Part shown: piece after piece, positions 1-13,691 of the stretch
Layout: every line of letters starts with the position of its first letter
Position numbering within the stretch: the stretch's first letter is position 1
Assembly (NCBI RefSeq): GCF_964355755.1
Contig: NC_092679.1
Location: 13,065,432 to 13,129,431 of the forward strand
DNA: 64,000 bases
Direction: 5' to 3'
Origin: Antedon mediterranea
Lineage: Eukaryota; Animalia; Echinodermata
The notes under the pieces: generated by a model
Told to the model about the DNA's origin: nothing
Database searches by the model: none
Seen by the model: only the letters and a program-made list of their open reading frames with translations
Translations under genes and position numbers: made by a program

Positions 1-36
1 ATTTGACAAAAAAAGTTTAAAATAAATGAATTTCCG

Positions 37-460
37 TTGCACCAAAGTTTGTTTGACAGCCGAAGTAATACTGAAGTGAAATGGCGAATAGCTCGAACAA
101 AGAATAAATTCATCGAAATGAAAAATAAAGTACACTTTAAAACAGAAATAATAATATGGCTAACAAAGTACGACTCAAAAACATACATATGGTCAATTTT
201 ACTGTATGCCTGTATTTGACGGTATTCCCAACGACATTATCTTCGTAAAAATTGGTGGCGTTGCCTTTAATTTTGGTACTCAAATGCTGTTTGTTAAAGT
301 TAAATGGTACTCCAATGCTTATGGTAAGAGGAATCAAATTTGCAACGGAACAATACAAGGTGGATTGTCTTCCTCATTAATTTCAATTTATTCTATGATA
401 AAACTAATCAGGGAATTGAATAATCTTAACTGTGGCATTGTTTTTGCACGCCATACTTAC
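37..460 (+). pseudogene. Degraded non-LTR retrotransposon RT fragments (RTE/RTE-X-like)
   Basis: Translations EVKWRIARTKNKF...YIWSILLYAC (RTE-type C-terminal region) and VKW...NGTIQGGLSS...LNNLNCGI (resembles RT motif NGVRQGGVLSP). No intact ORF. Confidence 0.5.
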
Positions 461-930
461 CATCCTCCTTACCGTAACCTCATCTTCACTTCAAGAATGA
501 ATTGATCACGCTAATAAGTATGTTACTGAACACGGATTACGTTTCAATCCTCAGTAAAAGTTATTTAAAAACAAGAACCATCCTGATGGTAGGCCTACTT
601 GAATAATTATTCCTATTTTTACACCCTGCCATGTGTTGACAACCTACACTTAAGGATACCCTTGTGTCCTGTGTTTTCAATTTTGCTCATTTTGAATATG
701 TTTCTTTTAAATCTATTTTTTGATTTTAAGTATTGATAAATAATGTCGTAGGAATAACCTTGTGTTGGTCATGATGTTGATGTGTGAAGTTTTTTTTATA
801 TATTATAACGATATTGATAGTATAGAGATGAGGGGAAGGCATGATTCAACGTTTCGATCTGATAATATTATCGTAAATCAAAAACACTTTTTCTTGATTA
901 AAAACGCAAAGCAAATCATTAGCTGTTTGT

Positions 931-1106
931 TAGTCTGGGCTCCAGACGGAGTTTTGTCTTAATATTAGTAAAAAGATAAATATTTTGGCACATATGGCGT
1001 TTCATACGTATACTACTTGATTTTGGATATTTTCAGACAAAAATCGCGGTCGAAATAAAAACAAATGAATAAAAAAAAAAGATAATACAGACTTGGGGCA
1101 AGTCTA
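931..1106 (+). mobile_element. 176-bp MITE with TAG...CTA ends and 9-bp TSD (AcademH-like)
   Basis: Flanked by GCTGTTTGT at 922-930 and 1107-1115. Absent from duplicate copy 2 (~12124). A near-identical inverted copy lies at 21785-21960. Superfamily is inferred from ends and TSD length. Confidence 0.8.
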
Positions 1107-2039
1107 GCTGTTTGTGTGCTACACTGACAATGAATTTCAGACCTCCCCACTCCCCAAATTAAAATATAAGTTATATTTGAGTTATTCACGAATATTCTAG
1201 AGTCAAATATTTTCTGCAGGCCTACATTTCCAGTGGTACAAAAGAAAAAAGTGAAACTTAAACTAACAAATAAATAAATTCCATTATTTTGTGTAGGCTA
1301 AAATTTATGAGTACTTTATCCGGAAGTGCCTTGAGTTAAAAGTTCGTTCATAGAAACAATTGTAACAAGAAATATTTCTTACAAAAAACGCCGCGTAACT
1401 TTTTGACTGGACAGTTGTAAGAACAGTCTTCATTAATCAAATATAATAGGTCGGCCAATCAAAACGCAAGTGAACAATTGGGACTTTACTTGTGATTTAT
1501 GTCATTGGCCTGTCAGCACAGTCGTTTCTTTCTAGAATTAAACGCACAAACTTGTATTGGGAATAATGTATGTGGTTATTAGTATCGCATTTAGGTATTG
1601 ATAATAATAATAATATGGCTTTTGAATATATAATTACTGTCTGTAGAATAACATTTATACATTTTCGGTTCGCGATGAAAAGTTATATGAATGGATTTGT
1701 AATAGGTATTTATAATAATAGTATATGGGTTGTATTATTGCTAAGCTATCACCAAATCGCGTTATAACATTATTTCTCAGGGTTTTTTGCACCATTGATC
1801 AATACCAAACGCGTATCGGTATTATAGTTTTTAATGAATCATTACATTAATAAAAATACCCAATTATATCAATCGCGTCAGTCCAATTCCGACTTCAAAA
1901 AAAGTGTGATGTGCCCAAATATGGTAGTGATATGCCCGATTATCGTAGTGATATGACATCGTCATGTCTATATAATATGGGCACATCATATTTAGTTTGA
2001 TAGTATAGACAGAGCTTAAGGATTATATTTAAAACATGT

Positions 2040-3140
2040 TTTCTTACATTTTGAACGGAAGTATTTATTTGTTTATAAGCCCAATTTTCCAGTCTTAATT
2101 TTACATTTTGAAAAAAAAGTATTTTATTTGTTGATAAGCCCAATTGTGCAGTCTTATTTTACATTTTGAATGAAAGTATTTATTTGTTGATAAGCCCAAT
2201 TTTGCAGTCTTATTTTACATTTTAAACGAAAGTATTTATTTGTTGATAAGCCGAATTTTCCAGTTTAATAATAATGACCCCTTCCACAGTGCTTATACCA
2301 TATACATTTTACATGATATTGACCGTGGGTTCTTTACGCCTCTGATGCATTTGTTTTTATTGTACCTTTTTAATAAATTATTATATGTTTAGGCCTAATC
2401 ACACCCAATTTAATGAAACGGTCAGATTCCGATTTCAATTGAACGAAAGTAGTACTGTATTTATTATTCATTGATAAGCCAAGTGTCCCATGGCGTTAGC
2501 CGATATCTTGAGCATTTGACTCTTGTGTCAACCTGTAACACAAATCATTCTTCAAAAACTAAAGAAAGAACCTCACACGTCTTTTTTGTGAGTGATACAC
2601 TATGGATATGCCCACGGAAATAATATGTGAACATTGCAAACAATCATAGGCCTACAGTAACAAACATAACATGGCTAATAAGCATAACATTCAGACTTGC
2701 TTGTTTTCTAGTGGATTTTTATTTACTTTAGCATGTAGAATAAAACTAGTAACAGTGGCTATATTAATAATTATACTGATTATCCTTGATGTTATCGCGT
2801 CTAATAATAAAATATTTTGTTGTTGATAAGCCCAATTTTTCAGCCTTGATTTTACATTTTGAACGAAAGTATTTATTTGTTGATAAGCCCAATTTTGCAG
2901 TCTTAATAATGACCCTTCCACAGTGCATTTTACATGATATTGACCGAGGGTTTTTACGCCTCTATAGCCACTGATCAATACCATAATTAATGTACTTTTT
3001 TAAATGAATATTGAAATGTTTCAACATACCCAATTAAAAAAAACTGTCCGTTTTCGAGTTCAATCTTTTGATTAGAGAGGTTGGAGTTTCATTTTGAACG
3101 AAAGTATTTATTTGATTGATAAGCCAAATTTCTAGTCCTA
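2040..3140. repeat. ~57-bp tandem repeat blocks (AAGTATTTATTTGTTGATAAGCCCAATTTTGCAGTCTTATTTTACATTTTGAACG)
   Basis: About 4 units at 2040-2270, 2 units at ~2810-2905 within a larger duplicated block, and degenerate units near 2440 and 3090. Confidence 0.85.
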
Positions 3141-3185
3141 ATGATTTGAGATTCAACGGGTTTTGCTTTCAATTTTATAATAATA

Positions 3186-3189
<4 letters not shown>

Positions 3190-3255
<66 letters not shown>
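3190..3255. repeat. (TA)n microsatellite
   Basis: Direct reading. Confidence 0.95.
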
Positions 3256-3262
<7 letters not shown>

Positions 3263-3471
3263 GTACAATTATGAATTCACCAACACTTTCAGGCCCGGGG
3301 CCGAGTTTGTGTAGACCAGACTTCCATGCACAGCCACATGTTAAGGAATATGAATCTCTTTATGATTTTAATACGGTTCGAAATGATATTACACAACAAC
3401 GATTAGACAGCAACTGTGCAAGAGTCCAACTAATAAAATCGGAATGATCAATTAATTGAACATTTACAGCA

Positions 3472-3837
3472 TAAAGCCCATACACTAGGACGATAACGAT
3501 CGACGATAAATAGACAAATGTGCATTTTTAATACATAAACCGAAAGAAATATAAACAATTCCTTTGATGAAAATTATATTTTCACACGTCCAATCAAATG
3601 ACGTCATGATTAGTAAGACCAATAATATCGTGACAATACAGTGATTTTATTGTTTTTATTTATCATGACGTCATTTGATTGGAATTTGAAAAACATTATT
3701 TTTATCAAAGATAGCATAAATGATTATCCTATAGGTCTAGAACGAAAACCTTTCTAATTTTTTTTGGTTTATGTAAAAAAAATGCATGCTATATATTTAT
3801 CGTCTGTCGTTATCGTCATAGTGTAATTGGGCCTTTA
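3472..3837. mobile_element. Fold-back (palindromic) MITE, possibly PIF/Harbinger type
   Basis: Left end AGCCCATACACTAGGACGATAACG is the inverse of right end CGTTATCGTCATAGTGTAATTGGGCCT. Internal arms also pair (CCAATCAAATGACGTCATGAT/ATCATGACGTCATTTGATTGG). TAA/TTA flanks. Confidence 0.65.
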
Positions 3838-4706
3838 TACAAAAAAAAATAAATTGATTACGAAGTTACATGTCATTTTCACCTATCACCAAAAAACTAA
3901 CCTTTTCAAAACTAATTAATTGTTACGAAGCCAATTTATATTATATATTTCATTAAAACTGAACTTTACGGTAAATGAAGAGTAAGTATCAGTTAATATG
4001 AATAATATAACTAGTAGGTCTATGAACTTGCGTCCAGACACAGAACTGTGACATTTACTATCATAAATGTTGAAACCAAGAAAATATAATTGTGTTAGGA
4101 GAAGGCTAATAAAAAAATAGATAATGTACAAACCTTTTTCTGGATTAATTAATGGAGCAGGCGTTCCTAATAATCTGCTGCTGCTACCTAGACTGATTGT
4201 TCACCTTCTGACGATAATTGATTGGACCCCCCACGGCATCTGATAACCAACAAAAAATTTACGAGAACTGTTTCAATGATTTAATATCTGACGGCGTATT
4301 ATTATAACATTGGCCTAGATTGACAGTCAAAGAAAGTCATTGTAAATACCTCCCTTTATGTTGACAGAGCCAAAATAAATTTTTGACCATTATCGAATGA
4401 TTATTTGACAGTGACTTATTATAATACCGGCCTGGTTGACAGGAAAAACGAAGTTATTATTTATTGATCAAGATTTTACAGATTTCCGTCTACATCTCAA
4501 TAATACTGTATTATTATCAGCAAAGGCTTTCATATAGACTCTCTTCTCCCAGACGTTTTTTGGGTCCAGCAGCTACCTATAAATTATAGTCGAGTTTCCA
4601 AATTCACAAAACTGTCTGCCTTAGATACTAAAGCTACCGCTATGAAACAGCTTATTAATGAATGTGTCCTCCTGGGACATAGCTGGCTAGAGCCGCGGCG
4701 CGAAAA

Positions 4707-6133
4707 CTAGATGGTACGCTCGCTTCGCTCGCGTACCATCTAGGTCGTGCCCACAGATGGTTCTCGAATACATAATAATTTCAGCGTTAAAAAAATGACG
4801 ATTTCAAATGTACAATAATGCAGGACAATAAGACACTGTGATTTATGTACTCAACTAAAATTAGTACCCTGGGAATTACTTCCGAAAGAGAAACTTGTCG
4901 CAAAATGAGACCAATTGTTTAGGTCAAATTTAAACAAACTTAATTTGTGTTTTGTATGTAACATTATGGTTGAGGGATGGGGGAGAGGATGGGTGCAAAG
5001 AGGAACAATTTTTAAATATATTCTTTATCCATTTAGTAACGAAATATTAATTGTTTTCATGTTTTACAAATAATATACCACTAAACACAGTGAAACATTG
5101 CGATGTAATTGAAACTATCACCGTCCTAGTCGATTGAAATAGTACAGTACATGTAACGATACACTACGACGTATATATGTTTATATAATGTTAAACAATT
5201 TGTGAAAACCACCTCTCTATTCGAGGCAAATCATAAATTCGATTTAATCGTTAATAAATATTAAATTATCTAACTCAACTTAATTAGTAGGCCTAATGGT
5301 TTTCAATTGTTTCTAGAGCCAATTCATACTTAAGTTGGTTCCTACCCTACCCACCCGAAGTTGTTGTTGATCCTTCGTACCACCGTAGGCCTATCCTCTA
5401 CTGGCTTTACAACGCTACTCATATGCCAGTGAGGGAAGGGTGATGATGTGGGTGGTTCCCGGGGTGGTTTAACTGCAATAATAAAGATTTGTACATAATA
5501 TACGCCCGCGGCGACAGAAAACGCTGGCTCATTATTATCCGTTAAAAAAAATCTATATCCAACCTCTGCAGCACAGATTGAAAAAAAAAATGGATCGAAT
5601 TTCTGTTATGAGTATACAGTACTTGCCTTTACGACGCCTGAGGGAATAGACACTTGTGGAACAGAGATTGGAATGTTCCATTCATCGCAAATCAATACAT
5701 TTGTATAAACGTATATTAAATCTATCAAAATAGTATTTTTTTTAAGAAAATCGGCCTGTCTTCAACATTATGATGCTGTACTCGAGCTGTTTAACCGGTT
5801 TTCAGCCATTAAAAACAATTATCGTAGGAGGAGATAGGAAAATGCGAAGCATCATCGTATTATTGTCTGCGGGTATTTTTCAAGGCGGACATCCATTAGA
5901 CAGTGTATACCACGATCGAAAAACACCCCTATTTGGGGCAAATCGTTGAACCTAAATTCGTTTTAATCGTCAATAACTAATTATCGAACTCAATTTAATT
6001 AGTAAACAGGGTTACATGAAGTGGTTAAAATCAGTACCGAAAGTACGAACCAACTTTATATACCATCGAGTAAACATTCTAGAAATAACGCGCGATTTAC
6101 CGAATTTTGCCCTTACGTAAATTTATATATAGA
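4707..6133 (-). mobile_element. Non-autonomous Helitron, copy H1 (subfamily A)
   Basis: Minus strand starts A|TCTATATATAAATTTACG and ends with a GC-rich hairpin, CGCGAGCGAAGCGAGCGTACCATCTAG|T. AT target, no TSD. Near-identical to 56809-58238. Confidence 0.9.
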
Positions 6134-6589
6134 TGTTCTTTTTTCCTTTTTTATTGTTTGAACTTTGTCTCTTTGCAATGGCAATGTGACAATATTCTAT
6201 TTAAGACATCCGGGTTTATTTCAGTTCAGTTTTAGAGTACTAGCAAATACACATTTTCCCAGGAGTTTTCTGACATCGTTTTACAATTAAGAATTACCAT
6301 ACGGCTTATACATTTCCTACAATTTTTTTTTATAAAATTGCAGGCTGCTAACCTTCGTTTTGTTTATATAGGCCTAATCAATTTATCGGTGTTTTATCAA
6401 AAAAGGTAACTGAGATCAGGAACAGATATTGATTGTTGAGTTGTTTCATTATATATTTGTAGTTAATACGGTTGCTCCTATGGAATTTATAAATTATATC
6501 TTAGGTTTGGAAGTCTTTTTATGTTTTACATAGTAATGTTTAATGTCTTTTGGAAACTCAGACCAAAAATCCTATTTTTAGATTCCACA

Positions 6590-6660
6590 TTATCAACGGC
6601 TTTACGTCCCATCCGAAGGACGAGGCAATGAGATAGTAAAGCATCTTGCCTAAGGACACA
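6590..6660 (-). mobile_element. SINE fragment with conserved central-domain motifs; paralog at ~12653-12722
   Basis: Minus strand reads TGTGTCCTTAGGCAAGATGCTTTAC...TCCTTCGGATGGGACGTAAAGCCG, resembling conserved metazoan SINE core motifs (recalled, not searched). Confidence 0.45.
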
Positions 6661-7433
6661 GTTAATATGACACAGATAGGTCAATTGTCAATTCAACTTT
6701 CAAATTAATTTATAGTCTAAGAAACAAATCTGAAAACAAAAATGAATTAGGGAGAGTGGAATTTTAGAGGCAGTCAATAGCGAGATATCCCAAGTAATCC
6801 CTTCTGATCACTTTAAGACCTGTTTGAAACTTAATGTTTCGTCATTAAAAAAAAATGGCCGTCAATTTTTTGTAAAATCTATATAAAATCGGATCTAAAT
6901 AAGGTATACACGGTCTTAGTATCTAAACAAATGTACTTCAGATAAGGAATCCATTCGGTCCTGTTAACACTTCATATTTTACTTATATCGAAAGGATGGT
7001 GTATGTATTCTAAATTTGTTTTATTAGTAGCCTAAAACATTGTATTAGTATTCCAAATTATTATCTCATAATAACTTAAACGCAAAGAAAAGTAAGCTAA
7101 TGTCTGTGTGCTACATTGAAAATGAACTACGTAATCTGCTGGATGTTTGAACTACAGCAATATGTCAACCATATATAGAGAAACAGCAGACATTTAGTGT
7201 AAATAAAAAACCTGTTGTACTGTACAGCCTTCTTCAATTTTGACTATAATTAAACATTTCTAAAATAAAAATTTATTGTTGTTCCATTCCATTTATTTGT
7301 GCAGGTTATCAGGTTATGAGGCACTTTATCCGGATGTGCCTTGAATTAAAAGGAAGCTTATATAATTATGCCTATACTAATCTAAAGTTCGTTCCCAAAA
7401 AACTATTGTATTATGGCTGTATGTTGATTGTTT

Positions 7434-10330
7434 ACTTGTTTACTTGTTTCCCGTACACTTTCGTCTACGGGATCGAGGCAAAGCACTCAGTGCTTAAAAG
7501 CCCCTCTTAGCAATAAAATCATATTCTATATAGGGTGAAAACTTCAGCGGGTGGTTAGACCATGCGACGTTAAGTTTTGCTTTGAACAGGTTCACCGTAG
7601 CACATGAAACTACATCCGTAGGCAGAGCATTCTATAGGAGAATAACTCTCCTGGAGAACGTGTCCCTCCTAATATTAAGACGAGAGCTTTTAAACTTGAG
7701 TTTATATGGGTGTCCACGTGTCCGAGATTCTATATCAAATTCAAAAGATGTGTTGATCGAAATACGATCGAAACCTTTAACAATCCTAAAAACTTGGATA
7801 ATATCCACTCTCTGCCTTCGATATCTCATGGTAGGAAGACCAAGAATTCTCAAACGTTGTTCATAAGGAATATTACGGTACCTAGGAATCAATCTTGCTG
7901 CTCTTTGCTGGACCTTCTCTATCTCATCCTGATCTCGTTTTCTAATAGGATTATAAACAGTGTTACAATATTCAAGCGTTGGCCTAACCATAGACTTATA
8001 CAGCTTAAAAAATCCATCTTTATTCAAGAATTTAAAAAATCTATAAATCATTCCTAGTTTCTTATTAGCTCTTTTACAAATATCCGTTACATGCAAATTA
8101 AAGATTAAACTAGGATCAAAGGTAACACCTAGATCTTTCTCCTGCTTTACCTCATGTAGTAAATTACCAGCCATTGAATACAAGAAATTGGGATTATCAC
8201 GACCATAATGAAATACCTTACACTTAGTGTCATTAAATGGCAATTGCCAAACATTAGACCAATGGGAAGCACTGTCAATGTCTCTCTGAAATAAATCCGC
8301 ATCATCAATGTTATTGACCACTCAGTCTATACAACTTGGTGTCGTCTGCAAATAAACGTATACTAGATTCGATAACATCAGGTAAATCGTTAATGAAGAT
8401 TGAAAATAAGATTGGGCCCACAACGCTACCCTGTGGAATTCCACTTAATACTGGAGCCTGTTATGATAATTGACCATTGACACTAACTCGTTGTGTTCTA
8501 TTTGACAAATAATTAGAGAACCAACCTAGTAGATTTCCCGTAATACCAAAACCTTTCAATTTGACTAGAAGCCTTTGGTGTGGCACACTATCAAAAGCCT
8601 TTTTATAGTCTAAATAGACACAATCAAAGCTATCATGATTATGCAGGTTAGTAGTCCAACTCTCCAGGACATCAAGTAGTTGTAATGCACATGATCTACC
8701 TTGTCTGAATCCAAATTGCTCATTGCACAAAAGACCATTACTCTCAAGATACTTTACAAGTTTATCCCTAATAATCCTTTACATAATTTTTCCTATGACC
8801 GACGTTAAACTAACCGGTCTGTAGTTAGCCGGGTCCTCTTGTTTGCCTTTTTTAAATAATTATAGGTATTACAATTGACTCCTTCCACGATATAGGGACC
8901 TTCTGATCATTGAATAATCTAGTGAATATTAGACTGAGAGAGTAAGCAATTTGATCCTTTAATTCAATCAAAACTAAGTTAGAGAACAGCTTATGAATAT
9001 CTTCTACATTAAACTCAATATCTGATAAAGAAGCCTCAATCTTTTTATCAAGATTCGGAACATTCGATAAGTTCTCCTTACAAAAGACACTGCTAAAAAA
9101 AGAATTAAAAGACTCGGCTTTATCTTGGTCATCTACAACAAGTTTACCTTCAAAATTTCCAAGAGTAGGAATACCAGATCTGGTGTTTAGCTGAGAATTT
9201 ATATAGCGCCAAAAAGACTTTTCATTGACTTTAACCTCATTTGTAATCTTATTTTCGAAGATTCTTTTAGAACTCTTAATCAAATTGACAGTATAATTCT
9301 TTACTCTAATAAACGTGTTCCATTTGACACTAGCACAGTCATGCCCTTTACGTTTTGCTTTGATATACTGTTTCCAGTATTTATTCTTCTGTTTAATAGA
9401 CTTATCAACCTCTTTAGTAAACCACAAAGGTCTCTTAAAATTTCCAGACAAGTGTTTCTTACACTTTGGAACAAACTGTTCCATACCTCTAGATAAGATC
9501 TCATGAAAAGAACCGTGCGAGTGTAACCCGTCCTTATCCAATAACTCAGTGTCCCAATCGACACCATCAAGAAAACCACGAAACTTATCATAATCAGCAT
9601 GGAAATAATTTCTGACCTCTACCACCTCATCTTTGATTAGATTAACTGGAATTTTAAATCGAAGTACCATATGATCACTCTTACCTAATGGTGGAGCTTG
9701 AAGGACCTCACTAATAGAATCCTCATTAGATGTAAGTACCAGGTCCAGAACATTGGGATGTTCTCCTATTCTGTAACGTGTTGGGTCTCGTACATGCTGA
9801 GCTAAAAATAAGTCATTAATGGTGTCGGAAAAAATTATGACTATTTTTACCATCTTCACCAGTCACATATCCTAGCTCCCAATTAATACTCCTATAATTG
9901 AAATCTCCAACTATAATAAAATCAGAACAAGAAAAGGATGCCACTTTTCTAAACAGAGAACACAAAGCAGAAATATTGACACTAGATCCGGCGTCACTTC
10001 TATACACACATCCAATTAAAAAGGTGCGATCTTTGACTCTAATCTCAACAAACATGGATTTCTCAAACAAAATATCTTTAAACAAATACAGGAGTGGCAG
10101 ACATCCCATTTCGAACATAAATAACAACTCCTCAACCAGATGAAAGTTTTTCATTTGGCAAAAACATCTGAAAACCAGGGGTATGAAACTCTTCTATAGA
10201 CAATTCAAAAAAGTACTTCTTTGGTAGAATCTCAGTCAAAGCAATGATATCAACTTTCTCTGAAGATAAACGCAACAGAAGCTCATTCTTCTTATTTAGA
10301 AGGGAATCACAATTTGTATAAAACACATTA
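7434..10330 (-). mobile_element. 5'-truncated CR1-clade LINE; ORF2 (APE endonuclease + RT) broken by frameshifts and stops
   Basis: Fragments: [73 protein letters not shown]. 3' tail of AAGTAAAC repeats at ~7430-7449. Empty site ATTGTTTGCAGGC in copy 2 (~13377-13389). Confidence 0.93.
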
Positions 10331-10887
10331 GCAGGCTTTACTTCTTGTTGAATCCTTCCAAACGTCTACTGTACTTTCTTTCTTGATAACCGTACTAGTT
10401 CATTCAACAGAAATAAAAATGAACACGTTTTTAAAAAATAACTACACTTTCAAATTGTCCATCATTCGTCGCAAATACATCATCATCTCTCTCAATTAGA
10501 TCTGTGGTTTGTTGTGCCGTGTGTTTTACTTGCTTTTAAAAGATGTATTGTATTGCTTTTTTTTCAACAAAGTTAATCATTTCCGCAGAACATTTTTAAA
10601 AATATAGATGATAACGAACAATGGTAAAGTATATGAGTTCTATGATAAGGGAGTATACTAGGGAATATAGAAACCACGAAAATCTAAAGTTAGGACAACG
10701 TGTAGTGCCCTGATAGCAGAGCGCGTTACATCACCAACACAATTTATGCAGGAGAGGAAGATTTCGTTCCCAGAAATACTTGTAAATACTCTTACAACAT
10801 TGGTCAGAATTCAAATCTAATTCATTCCAAGACAGTGACAATGTGATTTACAACATACGTAGACGTTATATCCGGATCAAAAACACC

Positions 10888-10893
10888 TATATA
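10888..10893 (+). promoter_or_regulatory. Candidate TATA box of the repeat-domain gene (copy 1)
   Basis: TATATA about 60 nt upstream of the signal-peptide ATG at 10953. The paralogous site in copy 2 reads TAAATA. Confidence 0.3.
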
Positions 10894-10952
10894 GTATCGT
10901 AAACATAGCAGTCAGCCTTCAGAGACTGCTCTGCTTTTCACCAATCAAGAAC

Positions 10953-11007
10953 ATGTATTTCTTTTTTTCCTATTTACTTCTGGGCATGATATCTCTATCA
11001 ACAGCAG
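10953..11007 (+). CDS. Signal-peptide exon 1, upstream duplicate (MYFFFSYLLLGMISLSTA)
   Basis: ATG plus hydrophobic stretch, then a phase-1 donor G|GTTTGT compatible with the exon at 14367. Confidence 0.55.
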
Positions 11008-13691
11008 GTTTGTAACTTTTGTTTATAGGATTTATTTAAGATTGTATTAGCCATACTGTAATTTCAACCTGTTAGTATATTAGCACATGATTCTAAAAAG
11101 TCAACAGATATTATGTAATGCAACTTGACTCAAGTATGCTAGTTATCAATGATAATTTCCTATAGCATTTCTACACATGTGTTTCTGTATTATCTTTTTC
11201 TCGTAAAGTTGTTGAATCTCAACTCAACTCGCCGCAAATCACTTTCTTCAGGCCTACCTGTTTGTAGTTTCTGAAATAGCTTCTAATCCAATGTATGAAT
11301 TGCTCTCTGGTAACAATAATGTTGTTGCGGTTTAATTGATATCGTCAACATTATACAATTGACTGTTAGAGGTATAATAAAACAAGGGTATACGCCCTTT
11401 GGGAAAACATAGTCCTCGGAGAAAATGGCACAATTCTCAATGACTTATGATGTTATATTACACCGATATTCCCTGGTATTTCATAGTTGTTTGTTAAAGT
11501 TAAATGGTACTCCAATGCTTATGGTAAGAGGAATCAAATTAGCAACGGAACAATACAGGGTGGATTGTCTTCCCCATTAATTTCAATTTATTCTATTAAA
11601 AAACTAATCAGTGATTTGAATAATCTTAACTGTGGCATTGTTTTTGCACGCCATAACTTACCATCCTCCTTACCGTAACCTCATCTCCACTTCAAGAATG
11701 AATTGATCGCGCTAATAAGTATATTACTGAACATGGATTACGTTTCAATCCTGGGTAAAAGTTATTTAAAACAAGAACCATCCTGATGGTAGGACTTGAA
11801 TAATGATGCCTAATTCTACACCCTGTAATGTGTTGACAACCTCTTACACTAAGGATACCCTTGTGTCCAGTGTTTTCCAATTTTGCTCATTTTGAATATG
11901 TTTCTTTTAAATCTATTTTTTATTTTAAGTATTGTTAAATCATATCTTAGAAATAACATTGTGTTGGTCATGTTGTGGATAGTGTGAAGTTTTTTTAAAT
12001 ACATTATAGCGATGTTGATAGTATAGAGATGAAGGGAAGGCATGATTCGACGTTTCGATCTGATAATATTATCGTAAATAAAAAACACGTTGTTCTTGAT
12101 TAAACACGAAAAGCAAAGCATTAGCTGTTGGTTGTGTGCTACATTGAACATTTTAAATTCAGATCTGCCCACTCCCCAAATTTAAATATAAGTTATATTT
12201 TAGTTATACACGAATATTCTATAGTCAAATATTTTCTGTAGGCCTACATTTCCAGTGGTACAAATGAAAAAAAGTGAAACTTAAACAAATAAATTTAATT
12301 TGTGTAGGCTAAAGTTTATGCGTACTTTATCCGGTGTGCCTTGAGTTAAAAGTTTGTTCCCAGAAACAATTGCAAAAATGTTCTTTTTTTCTTCTTTAAT
12401 TGTTTGAACTTTGTCTCTTTGGAATGGCAATGTGACAATATTCTATTTCAGATTTCCGGGTTAATTTTAGTTCAGTTTTAAAGAATTACCATACGGCTTA
12501 TGCATTTCCTACTATTTTTTAAAATAAAATTGCAGGTTGCTAACCTCAGTTTTGTTTATATAATATATTTATATATCGGTGTGTTATCAAAAAAGGTAAC
12601 TGAGATCAGGAACAGGTATTGATTGGGGTTATTTCATTATATATACTTGTATTATCAACGGCTTTACGTCCCATCCGAAGGACGAGTCAATGAGAGAGTA
12701 AAGCATCTTGCCTAAGGATACAGTTAATATTTTCAAATTAATTTATAGTCTAGGAAACAAATCTAAAAAAAATGAATTGTGGAGTGGAATTCTAGAGGCA
12801 GTCAATAGCTAGATATCCCAAGCAATACCTTCTGGTCATTTTTTTTTACCAGTTTGACACTTATTGTTTGTCATTTTTTTAAATGGCCGCCGAGTTTTAT
12901 GTAAAATCTATATAAAATCGAATGTAAATAAGGTCTCGTTCTTGGTCTAATTTTGTTTGATTAGTAAAACATTATATAGTATTCCAAGTTGTTATCTCAT
13001 AACAACTTAAAAGCATGAAAGAAAAGTTAGCTAATGTTTGTGTGCTACATTGAAAATGAACTACGTAATCTGCTGGATCTTTGACAGTACAGTAATATTT
13101 CAACCATATATTATACAGTAGGGAAAGAGCAGACATTTCCAGTAAATAAAAACCTGTTGTACTGTACAGCCTTCTTCAATTTTGACCGTAATTAAACATT
13201 TCTAGAATAAAAATGTATTGTCTAATGTTACAAATCCCCTTCCATTTATTTGTGCAGGTTATCAGGTTATGAGGCACTTTACCCGGATGTGCCTAGAATT
13301 GGAAAGGAAGCTTATATATGCCTATACTAAGCTAAAGTTCGTTCCCAAAAAACTATTGTATGATGGCTGTATGTTGATTGTTTGCAGGCTTTACTTCTTG
13401 TTGAATCGTTCCAAACGTAGTACTGTACTTTCTTTCCGTACTGGTTCATTCAACAGAAATGAAAATGAACACCTTGTATGTTTTATTGTCCATCATTCGT
13501 TGCAAACACATCATCATTCATCTCCCTCAATTATTTTATACTAATTTAATACTAATTTATTCCAAGACAGTTACAATGTGATTTACAACATATATTTAGA
13601 CGTCATATATCTAGATCAAAAACACCTAAATAGTATCGCAAACATAGTAGTCAGCCATTAGAGACTGCTCTGCTTTTCTACAATCAAGAAC

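Larger units (their letters stand above)
1364..4706 (-). mobile_element. Helentron-type non-autonomous element (HINE) carrying tandem repeats
   Basis: Absent from copy 2 (empty site TGCAAAAATGTTC at ~12371). Short sub-terminal inverted repeat CGCCGCG (1389-1395)/CGCGGCG (4694-4700), 3' palindrome AAGAAATATTTCTT (1367-1380), insertion in an A/T run without TSD. Confidence 0.6.

Noticed and set aside
11487-11523. Apparent exon TTTCATAG|TTGTTT...TATG|GTAAGA after the copy-1 signal exon
   Set aside because: It is created by the duplication junction, phase-1 splicing gives an immediate stop (GTT GTT TGT TAA), and the sequence derives from an RT relic.
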